This document shows positions 14,032 to 26,914 of a DNA stretch of 64,000 nucleotides, one piece after another. The notes under the pieces are model-generated. The model was not told the DNA's origin. It worked only from the letters and a program-made list of their open reading frames with translations, and ran no database searches. The stretch comes from Octopus sinensis (lineage: Eukaryota). Position 1 is the stretch's first letter. Every line of letters starts with the position of its first letter. Location: positions 36,022,001 to 36,086,000 of the forward strand of contig NC_043000.1 in assembly GCF_006345805.1 (NCBI RefSeq). Reading direction: 5' to 3'. Position numbers and translations under genes: made by a program.

Positions 14032-14088
<57 letters not shown>

Positions 14089-14104
14089 ATACATATATAT
14101 ATAT

Positions 14105-14151
<47 letters not shown>

Positions 14152-14170
14152 CATATATATATTATATATA

Positions 14171-14217
<47 letters not shown>

Positions 14218-14437
14218 GTATATATGTATGTATGTATATATATATGTATGTATATATATATATGTATGTATGTATATATATATAATGAGCAAAACAGCTA
14301 GTTTTAAATGACTGAATGAAATCTTTAGCAGTAAATATACTTCTTAATAAAACCTACAGCAAAACCAGCTGGAAAGATGTTTTCCTGGGATTAAAAGGTA
14401 GCAACATGGTTCAACGCAGGACTACCAACTTACGTTA

Positions 14438-14491
<54 letters not shown>

Positions 14492-14555
14492 ATATGTATA
14501 TATTACTTATTTTCTTATATTAAACTTTTTAATACTTTTTGATAGTTATATATAT

Positions 14556-14591
<36 letters not shown>

Positions 14592-14749
14592 TAAAAAATT
14601 ATAAATATAAATTAAAAATTTTAAATAAAATAATTTAAATTTTAAATTTTATATATTATATATTTTTTATATTATATTTATTTTTATGTATTGGTTTATG
14701 TTTTTCACTGTTTGATTTGCCTAATAGTGGTTTTATCTCTAATATAATT

Positions 14750-14787
<38 letters not shown>

Positions 14788-14798
14788 CGTGCGTGCGC

Positions 14799-14851
<53 letters not shown>

Positions 14852-15284
14852 TAACTCTATGTGTGTGTGTGTGTACATATATACGAAAAAGCAAATCAAA
14901 GAATGGAGAATTGCGTATTCTTTAATTCCGTTATGCGCGTTTCAGATTGTTTGGCATTTCAAAATTTTGTGATTCCGTAATCATGCTTATTAATCGATCT
15001 CATACTCGATCGACTAAGATTCTTCGGAGATAGAGAAATTTAACAACGTTCTATTCTTATCAAAACTATACCATACTGCACAGAATGGAGGAGGTTTTAA
15101 GGGCGGTAGACAGTAGTAAAACTAACAATGCTTGGCCTATATAAAATATTTCCGCAGTTCTACTTAGAAATACTAATTTTATCAGATTGTGCCAAAAATA
15201 TATGATACTTAGTTTTAGTAATCCCAGTTACCAGTTTGAAGAGCGTTTATGACAAAATTCCTACCTCGTTTAAAATATTGGTTT

Positions 15285-15490
15285 CAAATTTTAGGCAAAA
15301 AGCCAGCAATTTCGGGAGATGGGCAGGTCCATTACATCGACGCCGCTGTTCAACTGGTACTTAGTTCATCGACTCTGAAAGGATTAAAGGCAAAGTGGAC
15401 CTCGGCGGAATTTGAACTCAGAACATGAAGACGGACAAAATGCCACTAAGCATTTTATCCACGTGCTAACGATTCTACCAGCTCGGCGCC
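15285..15490 (-). mobile_element. SINE family B
   Basis: Reverse complement: ggcgccgagctggtagaatcgttagcacg..gttctgagttcaaattccgccgaggtccactttgcc..gtcgatgtaatggac. Confidence 0.85.
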
Positions 15491-15557
15491 TTGTTTCTAC
15501 TCCGTTTAAATTATTACTGACCAATTCAAATACACAGGAGTTATATTGAGGTGTTGT

Positions 15558-15939
15558 GGAGGTGCAATGGCCAGTGGTTAGGGCAGCGGACTCGCGGTCG
15601 TAGGATCGCGGTTTCGATTCCCAGACCGGGCGTTGTGAGTGCTTATTGAGCGAAAACACCTAAAGCTCTACGAGGCTCCGGCAGGGGATGGTGGTGATCC
15701 CTGCTGTACTTTTTCACCACAACTTTCTCTCACTCTTACTTCCTGTTTCTGTTGTACCTGTATTTCAAAGGGCCGGCCTTGTCACTCTCTGTGTCACGCT
15801 GAATATCCCCGAGAACTACGTTAAGGGTACACGTGTCTGTGGAGTGCTCAGCCACTTACACGTTAATTTCACGAGCAGGCTGTTCCGTTGATTCGGATCA
15901 ACCGGAACCCTCGTCGTCGTAACCGATGGAGTGCTTCCA
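15558..15939 (+). mobile_element. SINE family C, tail variant 1 (OR-like tRNA-derived head)
   Basis: ggaggtgcaatggccagtggttagggcagcggactcgcgg..ggtttcgattcccagacc with A and B boxes; ends gtcgtaaccgatggagtgc. The head resembles the octopus OR SINEs from memory. Confidence 0.85.
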
Positions 15940-16386
15940 TCCATATTGAGGTGACTACAATTCAGCTGATAATTATTTAGGCCACAATAGAAATATCATT
16001 TGATCGGTATTAATTCTAAATATACATTATGAATAGAAGAAAACAGGATCAGTTCATGAGAATTCTAACGGAAAGTAAAGGATGTATTATTTAGTAAGGA
16101 AGATATTCTATTTCAAAATTATAGATAAATGTTAAATATTGAAAATTGAAATAATTGTAATATGATTAAGGTAAATTAAGATAAAAAAGTAAAAAATAAA
16201 TTAAGAGAATAAATTAAAAACTAAAAAATAAATACACATAAACAACAATAAAATAACTTGACATGGATGCCTTGCTAGAACACCGAATACGGCGTTATTA
16301 GTTTTGAGGGGTCCTCTCATATAAGCGCCTGGGGGCATAAAAGCTAACACATAGATCGAAGCAGGCGAGAATCGCCTGTCATGGAA

Positions 16387-16432
16387 TTCCCATATCACGT
16401 GATTTCAGTCTACTGAACTTCATCAGTGGGAA
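16387..16432 (-). ncRNA. Minimal type I hammerhead ribozyme (predicted)
   Basis: Minus strand: UUCCCA CUGAUGA AGUU CAGUA GACU GAAA UC ACGU GA UA UGGGAA. Six-bp stem I, intact core, 4-bp stem II, 3-bp palindromic stem III, AUA cleavage triplet. Confidence 0.75.
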
Positions 16433-16925
16433 GCACCGGTTGCCGCATACTAGTAGAATCTCGCGTCTACAATATATAGAATTTGAGCATCGTTTTAGAC
16501 ACTGGTGTTGCAAATGGCCAGTAGGCCTATTAAGAATTAATGATTAGTGATGAAAGCAGTATTCATACGAAAAGCTAATCTTTATGTCCAACTTAACATG
16601 GATGCCTTGGGAATCCCGGAGCCAGTAACAGATGAATTTCGTCTGCTATGATCTGTATGTGTGCTTTTATGCAGCCAGCGCTTGTAGAAGAAAATCTCTC
16701 AAGGCCAATAACACAGCATTCGGTGCTCTTATGAGGCGTCTATGTTAAGATGGACGTAAAGATTACCTTTCGGTTTTAATACCGCTTTCATCGCTAATAA
16801 TCAATAACGAAACAATTTAATTAACGTAAGGTTTGTAAGTTGAGGAAGTTTGTTGAAGCGGATTTAGCAAATTCACTCGATAATTGTAATAAGCATGGTG
16901 GCAAAAATAATACTGATCACTGTAT

Positions 16926-16969
<44 letters not shown>

Positions 16970-17885
16970 ATAGTAGATGTAACAACAACAACAACAACAA
17001 TAATTATAATTTTTTTATTTATTTATTTCAGATAACTTCATTGCATTTTGAAAATTAATAATCTGGTGTGTTTAGTGTAATAGCGAATCAATGTATACAG
17101 TGAGTGTTTTTGCCCTAGGAGTCGAGAAGACACCCGACAAGAAATGAAAAGAAAATTGAAAGAAGAATAAAATCTCATAATAATAACAATTATGATCGTA
17201 TTACTAATGATAATGCCAATTAGATAAAAGCCAATCAGTGATTCCGATTTAAAATGACTTTGATTTTCAAGGGCCAGTGAACCTTTGCAACTTACTTGAT
17301 GACTATAGGTCCCTCCAGGCAGAGTATTTCCACCATCTCATCCTCATTAATTTTTCTGGAGTGTAATACCTTTGTCCTCAAGTGGAACTTAACGAGATTA
17401 CGATTTTGGTTGAAGAAATACATATATCTTGTCTTCGGTGGTTTTGATATTATCCCTCATGCAGTCTCTTTCTCCATTGCTAACATCATTTCTACGAAAG
17501 CAGAGGAAAACCGTTTGCCCTTCTCGGCCAAAAGAATGCGGTTAGTCAATTCTTGGCTGCAGCCGGACACGTTGTTCAACGCAATTCCACACGACACTAA
17601 TGCTGCGACACTGACCAATTTCACAGACAAAATTTTGTCGCTCAACACGCATCTAAATGTCGTTAGCGAGGCCGTAGGACTTTTTTCAAATATAGCAATA
17701 TCTCCCATCTTCAGTTCTGTTAGATCAAGGCGCTTAGTATACTGTCCAATGTCCCTTCGGAATAGATTATTCAATTAATCCCTGAATGCAAACAGTGGTG
17801 TGCAAGCGGATGGTTAGTTCGACTGAAAGAGAGCTGTAAACTTCTGGTAACGTTCCAGATGCCATATGCGCAATTTTCGTCTTAC

Positions 17886-17921
17886 CTGCACCCAGCGTTG
17901 CAGCTCCACCAAATAGTCAAG
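17886..17921 (-). other. Candidate 36-nt micro-exon (LDYLVELQRWVQ in phase 0)
   Basis: Minus strand tttgcgttttcctgcag|CTTGAC..GTGCAG|gtaaga: strong acceptor and donor, length a multiple of 3. No protein recognised. Confidence 0.3.
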
Positions 17922-18099
17922 CTGCAGGAAAACGCAAAGTGCAGCGAAACCTCCTTACTGTTAAGAATCTCTGAAGATGTTACTGTATTAGTGCATGAGT
18001 ACAAGTCATGAGCCACCGTGTACTAAACTCTGCACAGATTTCCCAATCTCTGCCTTACGGAGAAACTCTCATAATGAGGGTGAAGACGAAAAAAATTAT

Positions 18100-18335
18100 T
18101 ATAAGAATTCCGTTTATAGTCGCGCACAATTCTAGAGACCACATCATACATTCGGCCTAACGATACTTTCCAATTGTTCATCACTCATCATAGCCCAGAA
18201 AAATGATTAAAGGATCACAAATTATCAAGAGCCGAGGACAACCATCAAATTTCGAAAGACTCTTCACAAACGCGAAATTCACATTTGAAGAAGAAGCAAC
18301 ACAATTGACAAACTGCAAAGAATATCGTTGTGGGA
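18100..18335 (+). mobile_element. Degenerate Penelope-like element, RT-thumb to GIY-YIG linker
   Basis: Across frameshifts: IPFIVAHNSR..KMIKGSQIIKSRGQPSNFERLFTNAKF..TNCKEYRCGT, resembling the PLE pattern LPFV..N, RQPxNLKxxLTxAKF, CxxxRCxTC. Confidence 0.6.
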
Positions 18336-18814
18336 CGTGAGAAATATCAAGCAGGGAAGAACCAAGAGATTCGAGAATGGAAAAGAATTGAAGGTGAATG
18401 CTAATATGATAGGCAAACGACATTTTATTCACTGTATTACAATGCAATGAGAATTATCGGCTAAACTCCAAAATTAATACACCGGGTTAAGATACATAAC
18501 CAAAAAAAGCCAAGAGTCATCTCTTTGGACATCTAGACGTCTGTATAAATGGAAAATGATCAATAACGAAAAACAATAGAAGAATACTATTTTATAAGAA
18601 TTCTAAATTCGAAACTAAAACGGAAATAGTCAACAATGCTACTAAAAATAACTTCCTCTATTCGGATCACCCCATAATGTGTGTCTGAAAAGTTATAAAC
18701 TGTGAAAGCAATTCACATTCACTGCGAAACCTTCTTTCTAAATGGTTCATACCGTTCTCTTGTTTTATGATTATTTATACACCATTACTCCATATCTAAA
18801 AGAATACTTCTACA

Positions 18815-19043
<229 letters not shown>

Positions 19044-20120
19044 GTATCCATCTATAAATGCAACAGATAAGCGAATTGAGATGATAGAGTACGTTAGTAT
19101 TTCAGTCGTTTACAGTTGTTTCATAATCGTGTTTAATATGTAATAGATATTACACACACACACAAACGCGCGCACGCGCGTAGACACACAAACGGTCGCG
19201 CACGCGCGCGCACACACACACACATATATATGTATGTATGTTTGTATGTATGTACACACATATGTGCGTGTGTAAGTATACGTGTGTTCGTGTGGGCATC
19301 TCTATAAACTGAAATCAGGTATTGCTTCAAAACATTGTCTGTGATTGTTAAAAAACCATAACACAGCGGATCGGTAAATAGAGATTAGCAACCAATCGGA
19401 AAGAAGTACAAGGTTTCATATGATCAATCATAGCCTTGAGGTTTGTGCTCCAGCCGTGGCGCAGCCTAATGACTGAATCCAGTGAAATATTTAAAGGTTT
19501 CAGTTTAAAAGGCCATCACCATTCATCGCGTGCGCGCGCGTGGTTGATTAGTCCGTTTCGAAACTATGAGGCATTTAGCAAGCATGTTTTCAGTTAAAGT
19601 CCACTAAATCCCTCTCAATAAAATTTGGTGGACTGAAACTGAAGAGAATCTGTCAAAATTGTCATAACCACACCCGACAGGCTTCTGTACAGTTTCCGTG
19701 GTAGATTTAGTCAGACAACCATTTCAGCGCCGTGCTCTGCCCTCAGCTGTTTTCATATGAAGACACTTTGCGGGAAGTATGACCATGGGTGATATTATTC
19801 ACCTCTATATTAATAAGGAAGAGTAACAATTCTTAGCTTAGAAAGCCTCTAGCCTGTCTACTCAAACACACCACCCCTGTATGTGATATATATATATGAG
19901 TATATATATCGGTCTTTATATTGATGTGTGTTTTATTGTAATGTATATGATATAGCCGTATATATTTATATATACTCTGTCATAGTCGGGGACACAATGA
20001 TTTGTGTAAACAAAAGAAGAATAAAGAGTTTTATGTAATCAATCAAAATTTAGCTGGTTTTAGCCAGAGTAGATGTAATTTCCCAACACAATAGAACCAG
20101 AAAATTGACGTTCGTCTTTG

Positions 20121-20151
<31 letters not shown>

Positions 20152-20209
20152 GTGTGTGTGTGTGTGTATGTGTGTGTGTGTCTGTGTATATATATATACT
20201 TATGTATAT

Positions 20210-20254
<45 letters not shown>

Positions 20255-20517
20255 CATATATATATATATGATATATATATATACAGAGAGAGAGAGAGAG
20301 AGAGAGAGTGATAAATATATGTAATTATATATGTATGAACGTGTTTGATGTGCCTATGTATACGTATGTATACAGACACATACACACAAACACACAAACA
20401 CACATATATATGCATATAAATTGATCTATCTCTCTTTATATACTGATATATTGATATATGAATACATCAATCAAGCAATAAGCAGATACACGCATACATT
20501 TACAAACACACACACAT

Positions 20518-20554
<37 letters not shown>

Positions 20555-20618
20555 CATATAGATTTACGTAAATATATGTATGTATATATACGTATATTTA
20601 TACATACATATAACCTTC

Positions 20619-20655
<37 letters not shown>

Positions 20656-21302
20656 GCTTTCATACAAACACACAGTACTGTGTTTGTTCGTATGGCAAAG
20701 TTTCAACATTAAATAATGTGCTCAATACATCAGGAAATAGAGTTAAATACGTTTGTATATTAATGACTGTCTTACATAGTTACAATTCCGTTTCAAACAT
20801 TATTGTTATAGTTTTTAGAAAGCCAATAGCGAAATCAATTTGGAGTCTGAATAAATATTGTATTGAAATAATATAAGATGGAGGATAAAGGAAGGAGAGA
20901 GGCGGAAGGGAGAAGGGAGGGACCAAGAGGGAGGAGATTTGATGAAGAGAAGAAGGAACTACAGCTTAGATTGATTGTATTGGTAGAGTGGCTGTGATTG
21001 GAGGCACGATAATGGAGGGAATATTGGTCTTGAGCAGGTGCTAACTGCGAAGAATTTTGCGGATGACGATGTGGTGTGAAGAGTTAAGAGTTGACATTGT
21101 TTTTGCTCGAAAGAGGGGAGGATGTCTTTCATCCAACATATTCACTTCACACTAACATACATACATACAAACTTTCACATACACACGCTTATGCCCATGT
21201 AGACTCATATTTGCACACGCGCGCACACACACACGCATATGTATATATATATATAATATATATATAATATATGTCTGTACCAATAGATAGGCACACCCCA
21301 TG

Positions 21303-21400
21303 CCGGAACCTCGTGGAGCCTTAAGTGCTTTCGCTCAATAAACACTCACGGTCTGGGAATCGAAACCGCGAGTCCGCTGCCCTAACCACTGGGCCATTGC
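21303..21400 (-). mobile_element. SINE family C head fragment
   Basis: Reverse complement: gcaatggcccagtggttagggcagcggactcgcggtttcgattcccagacc. Confidence 0.75.
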
Positions 21401-22399
21401 AACCCCCATATATATATATAATATATACATATATAATATATATATATATCTCTCTATATACATATATACATACATATATATATTATATATATGTGTATAT
21501 ATATTATATATGTATGTATATATATGTATATATATATATATATATTATATATATATATATATAGATATATATATATATATATCATATATATGTGTGTGTA
21601 CCCATATATTTATATATATATACACACACACACATTAGCGATCCAAACCCGCACATGTGCATGTAATCGTATGCATGCGGATGTACATAGGCATAATTTA
21701 CATTCTCATGTATGTGCACATGCATACACATATATGCACACATGTACCCTTACACAATTGTACACATCTATGTATATGTGTTTGTGTATGTCTATGTATA
21801 CACACACACAGATCTACATAGATGTATATATATATATTTATAAATAGATTTAATATACATAAATGTATACACACACATATATACATATATATATATATAT
21901 ACATATATATATACATACATATTGCTTTATAGAGATACATACACACAAGCGTACATGTATACACCTTCATTCATAAAAGAATATATATCTTCACATACAT
22001 ATGTATATGCATACATACACAGGCAAATACATTGAAATACATAGGCAAACGCAAATACCTGTGTCCCTCTGTCTATTTGGCGATCATTAAATACATATAA
22101 CAACTTTGTTCTTATTTGCAGTCCGTTCACGCACCAATGTACAAAATTACAAGTTCATACCAATTTGTAAATATTGAAAGAAGAACATATAAAAAAAATG
22201 ATAAATTGAATAGAAATTTAAAATAAAAAAAAAACAAGAGAAAAACAGAATAGAAAGATTAGATAATTAATATAAAAATAATAAAAATTAACATGATGTA
22301 TTACCAGGATGGTACACAGAAGCGGCTGCCTACAAACTGAATATTATACATTTACAAACTCAAATGTATGTTTACATATTTGTACCCAGATGGGTGTGT

Positions 22400-22850
22400 T
22401 AAATATCAAATTGAGTGAATACAATAGTATATTTGTCCACGCAATTATACGGGTATATCAATATAGTAACTATTTATTGTCGTGAGAGTAAGGTAGAAAG
22501 TTTGTACAATTAAAACATAAGAGTAGAAATATTTCAACTCGCGGGAGTGTTTTCACAGAGATAGCCTAGATATTTAGGGAGACGGGATTAGTACACAAGT
22601 TTAGAGTTATAAATTAATACAGGAGTTTTGATTTATCCTTGGATTTATGTTGATGGTCTCTATTATCTAAAAGAATTTATAGTTTTGTGTATGCGTGAAG
22701 CAGTTCTGTATGAACTTTTGAAGACGGTGAAGTGAAGATCTTGTGCTATTTTTGTTTTCATATTTTCGACTGTACCAACGTTACATGGTTTGTATTTTCC
22801 AGAATAAGGGTATCTTTCATAAAATATATCTCATGTGGTGAGGCATTAGA
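22400..22850 (-). mobile_element. Highly degenerate Penelope-like RT/GIY-YIG remnant
   Basis: Minus-strand scraps PYSGKY..HFTVFKSSY, KDKSKLLY, KYLGY, LYKLSTLLSRQ in the expected order; many stops. Confidence 0.3.
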
Positions 22851-23694
22851 ATGCGGTGCACTTTCTTCTAAAGGTGTTTTAGAACTTTAGCTTTGTTGAA
22901 TAGAATCTATTTAAAAAAAGTTGGAGGTAAGGCCTATGTCGACTTTAAATATTTCTTTAGTGAACATTGATATTTTTTTGGTAGGAAATTGAATTGAAGA
23001 GGGGTATATGTTCAAAATTATGAAATTTCAGTTAGTGTTAGTATCAGTTTGAAAACGCTAAGTTTTAGGAAAAGTTACTAGTTGTGGAAAAATAGATGTT
23101 AATGGTGTTGCTATTGAATATTCAGTAGCATGTGTATTGTACTGTGACATTTTTCTTAACAAATCGAAAGTAAATTGTAGTTACGAGGATAAAAAAGGCT
23201 TGAAGAAATTAATATCTTCCTATATATGTTTATAAATCTGTGATACAGCATATTGCTTTTGGAGATTATTTTACAATAAAAATGGTCCTTAAATGTGAAG
23301 TATGGTTGTTTGAGTGGAAGTGGCTCGGTCTGTCGTAACTCACAGAGTTAATGTAGTATTAGTACATTAATACAGGTGTCATTGCAGTGTTACTGACCCG
23401 AAAGGACACATTACGTTATAATAACAATACATAATCATATTTATCTAAGTTTTCAACTGTCTATTTATTAAATTTCTACTTTAATTTTCTATATTTCTTT
23501 GACAAACGTAAACTCACATAACTAATTTTAAGAACAATTATTCAGTCTGTCTGATTGTTTGTCTATCTGCCTGGCTGCCTGCCTGTCTGCTTGCCTGTCT
23601 GCCGTCTGTCTGTTTGACTGTGTGTTTATCTGTCTGTCTGTCCTCCTGTCCATATGTCTGTCTACCTGTCTGTATGTACGCATGTATGTATGTA

Positions 23695-24022
23695 CAGGGT
23701 GCGACGGTATTTGAGGACAGATAAATAGTTTTTAAAAAACGCTTATATCATAACAGAAAAAAACTGTAATTTTATAAAAATAACATAAACACAAAGCTAA
23801 ATTATCAGTTTAATAATTTCATTCAAGAAAACCATCATAAGCATCAACAGCTGCCTCTACGTGGGTTCGAAATGGTTTACAAGTTCGGATTAAGTGGTCT
23901 GTGTTCATATCGGACATGACTCGAACTATGGCGGCTTTGAAAGAATCTTCAGTGCTATAGGGGTGTTCATTGACATTTTTCTCAACGATATTCAATATAT
24001 AGTACTCCAGTAGACTGCAGCA
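23695..24022 (-). mobile_element. Tc1/mariner transposon 3' end (maT/DD37D-like transposase C-terminus and TIR)
   Basis: CSLLEYYILNIVEKNVNEHPYSTEDSFKAAIVRVMSDMNTDHLIRTCKPFRTHVEAAVDAYDGFLE* (stop 23819-23821); terminus TA|CAGGGTG at 23693-23701. Confidence 0.85.
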
Positions 24023-24392
24023 ATGTGAAATGAAGTATTTTGGTCAAGGACACAACGCGCAGCTCAGCCCAGGAATCGAACCCATGATTTAACGACCGTG
24101 AGTGCAACACACTAATTACTAGGTCACGCACCCTCGCATACATGTATTTATTAATAAGAATTCTTTAACACTTCGGAAAATTACCGTTGGTTTAGAAGCA
24201 GTGGCACAACTACTAATTGTCTACAACAATTCTTTTAAAAGTGGGCGCAACCGCTCTCTAGAAGGCAGTGGAAAATTTTATATGGTTACTAGACAGGAGG
24301 GGAACGGTAGGAGGGCAATGATGTTGTGTGATTTAATTGCTCTAATTTCTAAAATAATTTCAATCTATGTTCTCGGTGCAAATCATCTGGGG

Positions 24393-24606
24393 AAGGCGTC
24401 GAGCTGGCAGAACTGAAAGCACGACAGGCAGAATGCTTAGCGTCATCATGTCGGTCTTTACGTTCTGAGTTTAAATTCTGCCGAGGTCGACTTTACGTTT
24501 TATCATTCCAGGAGCGGTAAAATATGTACCAGATGAACACTGGGTTCGATGTAATCGAGTAACAGCCCCACCTCAATATTTCAGGCCTTCAGCCTATAGT
24601 AGAAAG
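24393..24606 (+). mobile_element. SINE family B
   Basis: aaggcgtcgagctggcagaa..ttctgagtttaaattctgccgaggtcgacttt..gttcgatgtaatcgag. Confidence 0.8.
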
Positions 24607-25138
24607 TAATGTTACAAATCGAAATGTTGCTTTGACATTCTATATTATATATATATTATAATATATATGTATATATAAGGATAAGATCGTTACCTTGGGT
24701 CTGGAATTATCCAATTTTTACTAGTTCATTTGCCATTTGTCTTTTCACCTTGTGCTGTATTGAATATTTGATGTGGTTTTAGAGTCAGGTTTTGACTACT
24801 ATTTCAATTATCGTAGTATCTCTGAGATACCTTTATTTGCACCGAGAACATAGATTGAAATTATTTTAAAAATTAGGGCAATTAAATCACACAACATCAT
24901 ATCCTCTCCTACCGTTCTCCTCCTATATAGTAACCATATAAAATTTTCCACTGCCTTCTAGGGAGCGGTTGCGCCCACTTTTAAAAGAATTGTTGTAGAT
25001 AATTAGCAGGTTTGCCCCTGCGTGAGTTGGGAGTATTTTTGATAAGGTTCGTTTTTTCAAGAAGAACCGAAACATGTAAAATTTCTAAGAAAATGAAAAT
25101 GTATCTTATATAGTGGCGTTTTCAAACTTCTTATATAT

Positions 25139-25194
<56 letters not shown>

Positions 25195-25197
<3 letters not shown>

Positions 25198-26190
25198 CGG
25201 GAAGCTTTATGAAAATAGACAAAAGACGAAGGCAGGTTTACGGAAATAAACAAAAGACGAAGGCAGGTGGAATACAAACAAAACAATTGTATTAGTATGG
25301 CGCTCAGGAAATATAAATAAAACAAGTCTTTAACGTTTCGAGCCTACGCTCTTCAACAGAAAGATACACAGAGAAGAAACACAGACAGAAGGAGAGAAAA
25401 AAATGCGTGCAGAGGCTAGCGAATCAACATGGCGATCTGATTTCGGCCAGAAGTCAAAGATCAAACGTGAGACGCAAGAGCGAAATTAGGGGCGATAATA
25501 GGGTTAAATGACCTCGCTCCAACATAAGAGTGTGTGTGTGTGTGTGTGTATGAGAAGAGTGTGTGTGTGTGTATGAGAGAGTATTAGTGCGTATGAGAAG
25601 TCAGGACGTGTGTATGTATATATGATGTGATGTGTAAAGTCGTATGGTGTAGTGTAGAGGGAGGAGATGAGGGAAGACGGGGGAGGTAAGGGGGAGAGAG
25701 GGGAGGGGGATGGTGAGGGGGAGAAAGAAAGGGGAGAAGAGGAGGGGAGAGGAGGAAGGAGGATAGAGGGAGAGAAGGGGAGTGAGGGAGCAGAGAGAAA
25801 GAGGGAAGGGGAAGAGGGAAGAAGGAGGGAGGGAGAAAGAGGGAAGAAGGGAAGAGGAGTAGGGGTGACAGGATGAAGGACTGAAGAGAAGTAGGGGTCG
25901 GGGGGGAGGTTAGATGAGGAGGGGGAGGGGGTTAGATGAGGAGGGGGAGGGGGTTAGATGAGGAGGGGGGAGAGTTGAGACCAAATGGCGTATAAGAGCG
26001 AAGAGAGAAGATTAATTCCTGTTCACGGCGCAAACGGGAATCCGGATGGCCTCTGTGCAAGGACAAACCGAACACAGACAGGTGTTGCAAGAAGTGACCG
26101 GTGGAGCGGAAATGGCGTGAGACCGGTGTGTCGTTTGCAAGGCGGATGTCACGGAGGTGTTCCGCGAACCGGTCAGCCAAGCGGCGTCCC
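25195..26190 (-). mobile_element. Penelope-like element: GIY-YIG endonuclease C-terminus, 3' region and terminal repeat with hammerhead-like motif
   Basis: GRRLADRFAEHLRDIRLANDTPVSRHFRSTGH..LSVFGL..RLRREQELIFSLRSYTPFGLN is a characteristic PLE GIY-YIG tail; hammerhead-like motif at 25327-25364 on the same strand. Confidence 0.85.
25327..25364 (-). ncRNA. Hammerhead-like motif, A6U core variant (CUGUUGA)
   Basis: UCUUU CUGUUGA A GAGC GUAG GCUC GAAAC GUU AAAGA; stems I and II fully paired. Confidence 0.5.
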
Positions 26191-26194
26191 GATA

Positions 26195-26472
26195 TCTCTT
26201 ATTATAAAAGGCAGATTTTATCTGCCTCCCTTTGGGAGTTATACAAATCTACAATATAGGATTTCTTCAATTACAATTTACCTAGCATTTTTAAGAGTAG
26301 AATGCATCGCGTCATGCCAGGTCCAGTTTTTAAAATTTAAACTCCAATTAAGCAAAATTTACAGAAAACTCACATTCTGGTGTGTGTGTCAAATGCTTTT
26401 CTTAGTCTGGTTTACACCACACGCAAACGCACACACACAGTGGGCAACGAATAAAATGAAAGTAATTCACTT
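26195..26472 (+). mobile_element. Helitron-like non-autonomous element family 2, 5' part
   Basis: A|TCTCTTATTATAAAAG start, subterminal hairpin GGCAGAT-TTT-ATCTGCC; second copy inverted at 28745-29020. Confidence 0.55.
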
Positions 26473-26707
26473 ACTGTAGTGAGTGATTCTTTCACTCTGC
26501 CTCCCACTTCCTCTTTCCACACATAGACACGCAAATATATAAATAAAATTGTAAGCTAACGTGCGTGTGTGTGAGTGTGTGTGTGTGTGTGTGTGCGCGT
26601 GTGTGTGTGTGTGAGGGTGTGTGTGTGTGTGTGTGTGCGTGTGCGTGAGTGTGTGACAGGAAAGTTTTTTACGACGAATATAAGACCTATATCCAAGTAG
26701 CAGAAAG

Positions 26708-26905
26708 ATAAGACAGTAAGGTGTGATTTGAGGGAGATTTGGCTGCTATTTCTACCATGTCTAGCTGCCATGCAGGGGTCTCCCTCATAGGCTCATACAT
26801 ACATATATACATAGATAAGACAGTAAGGTGTGATTTGGGGGAAATTTGGCTGCTATTTCTACCAGGTCTAGCTACCATGTAGAGGTCCCCCTCATTGGCT
26901 CATAT
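26708..26905 (+). repeat. About 105-bp tandem duplication of an interspersed repeat
   Basis: ataagacagtaaggtgtgatttg..atttggctgctatttctacc occurs twice here and a third time at about 29023. Confidence 0.75.
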
Positions 26906-26914
26906 ATATATACA

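Noticed and set aside
15558-15630. tRNA-like sequence with A and B boxes (also 62241 and 32691)
   Set aside because: No complete cloverleaf or acceptor stem, and it runs into a SINE body; these are SINE heads, not tRNA genes.
17840-17900. GAGKT in a minus-strand frame suggesting a P-loop
   Set aside because: Lacks the first G of GxxxxGK[ST] and lies between nearby stops.
25905-25975. Three about 20-bp tandem repeats (and other short arrays) as possible CRISPR
   Set aside because: No unique spacers, no cas genes, eukaryotic context.
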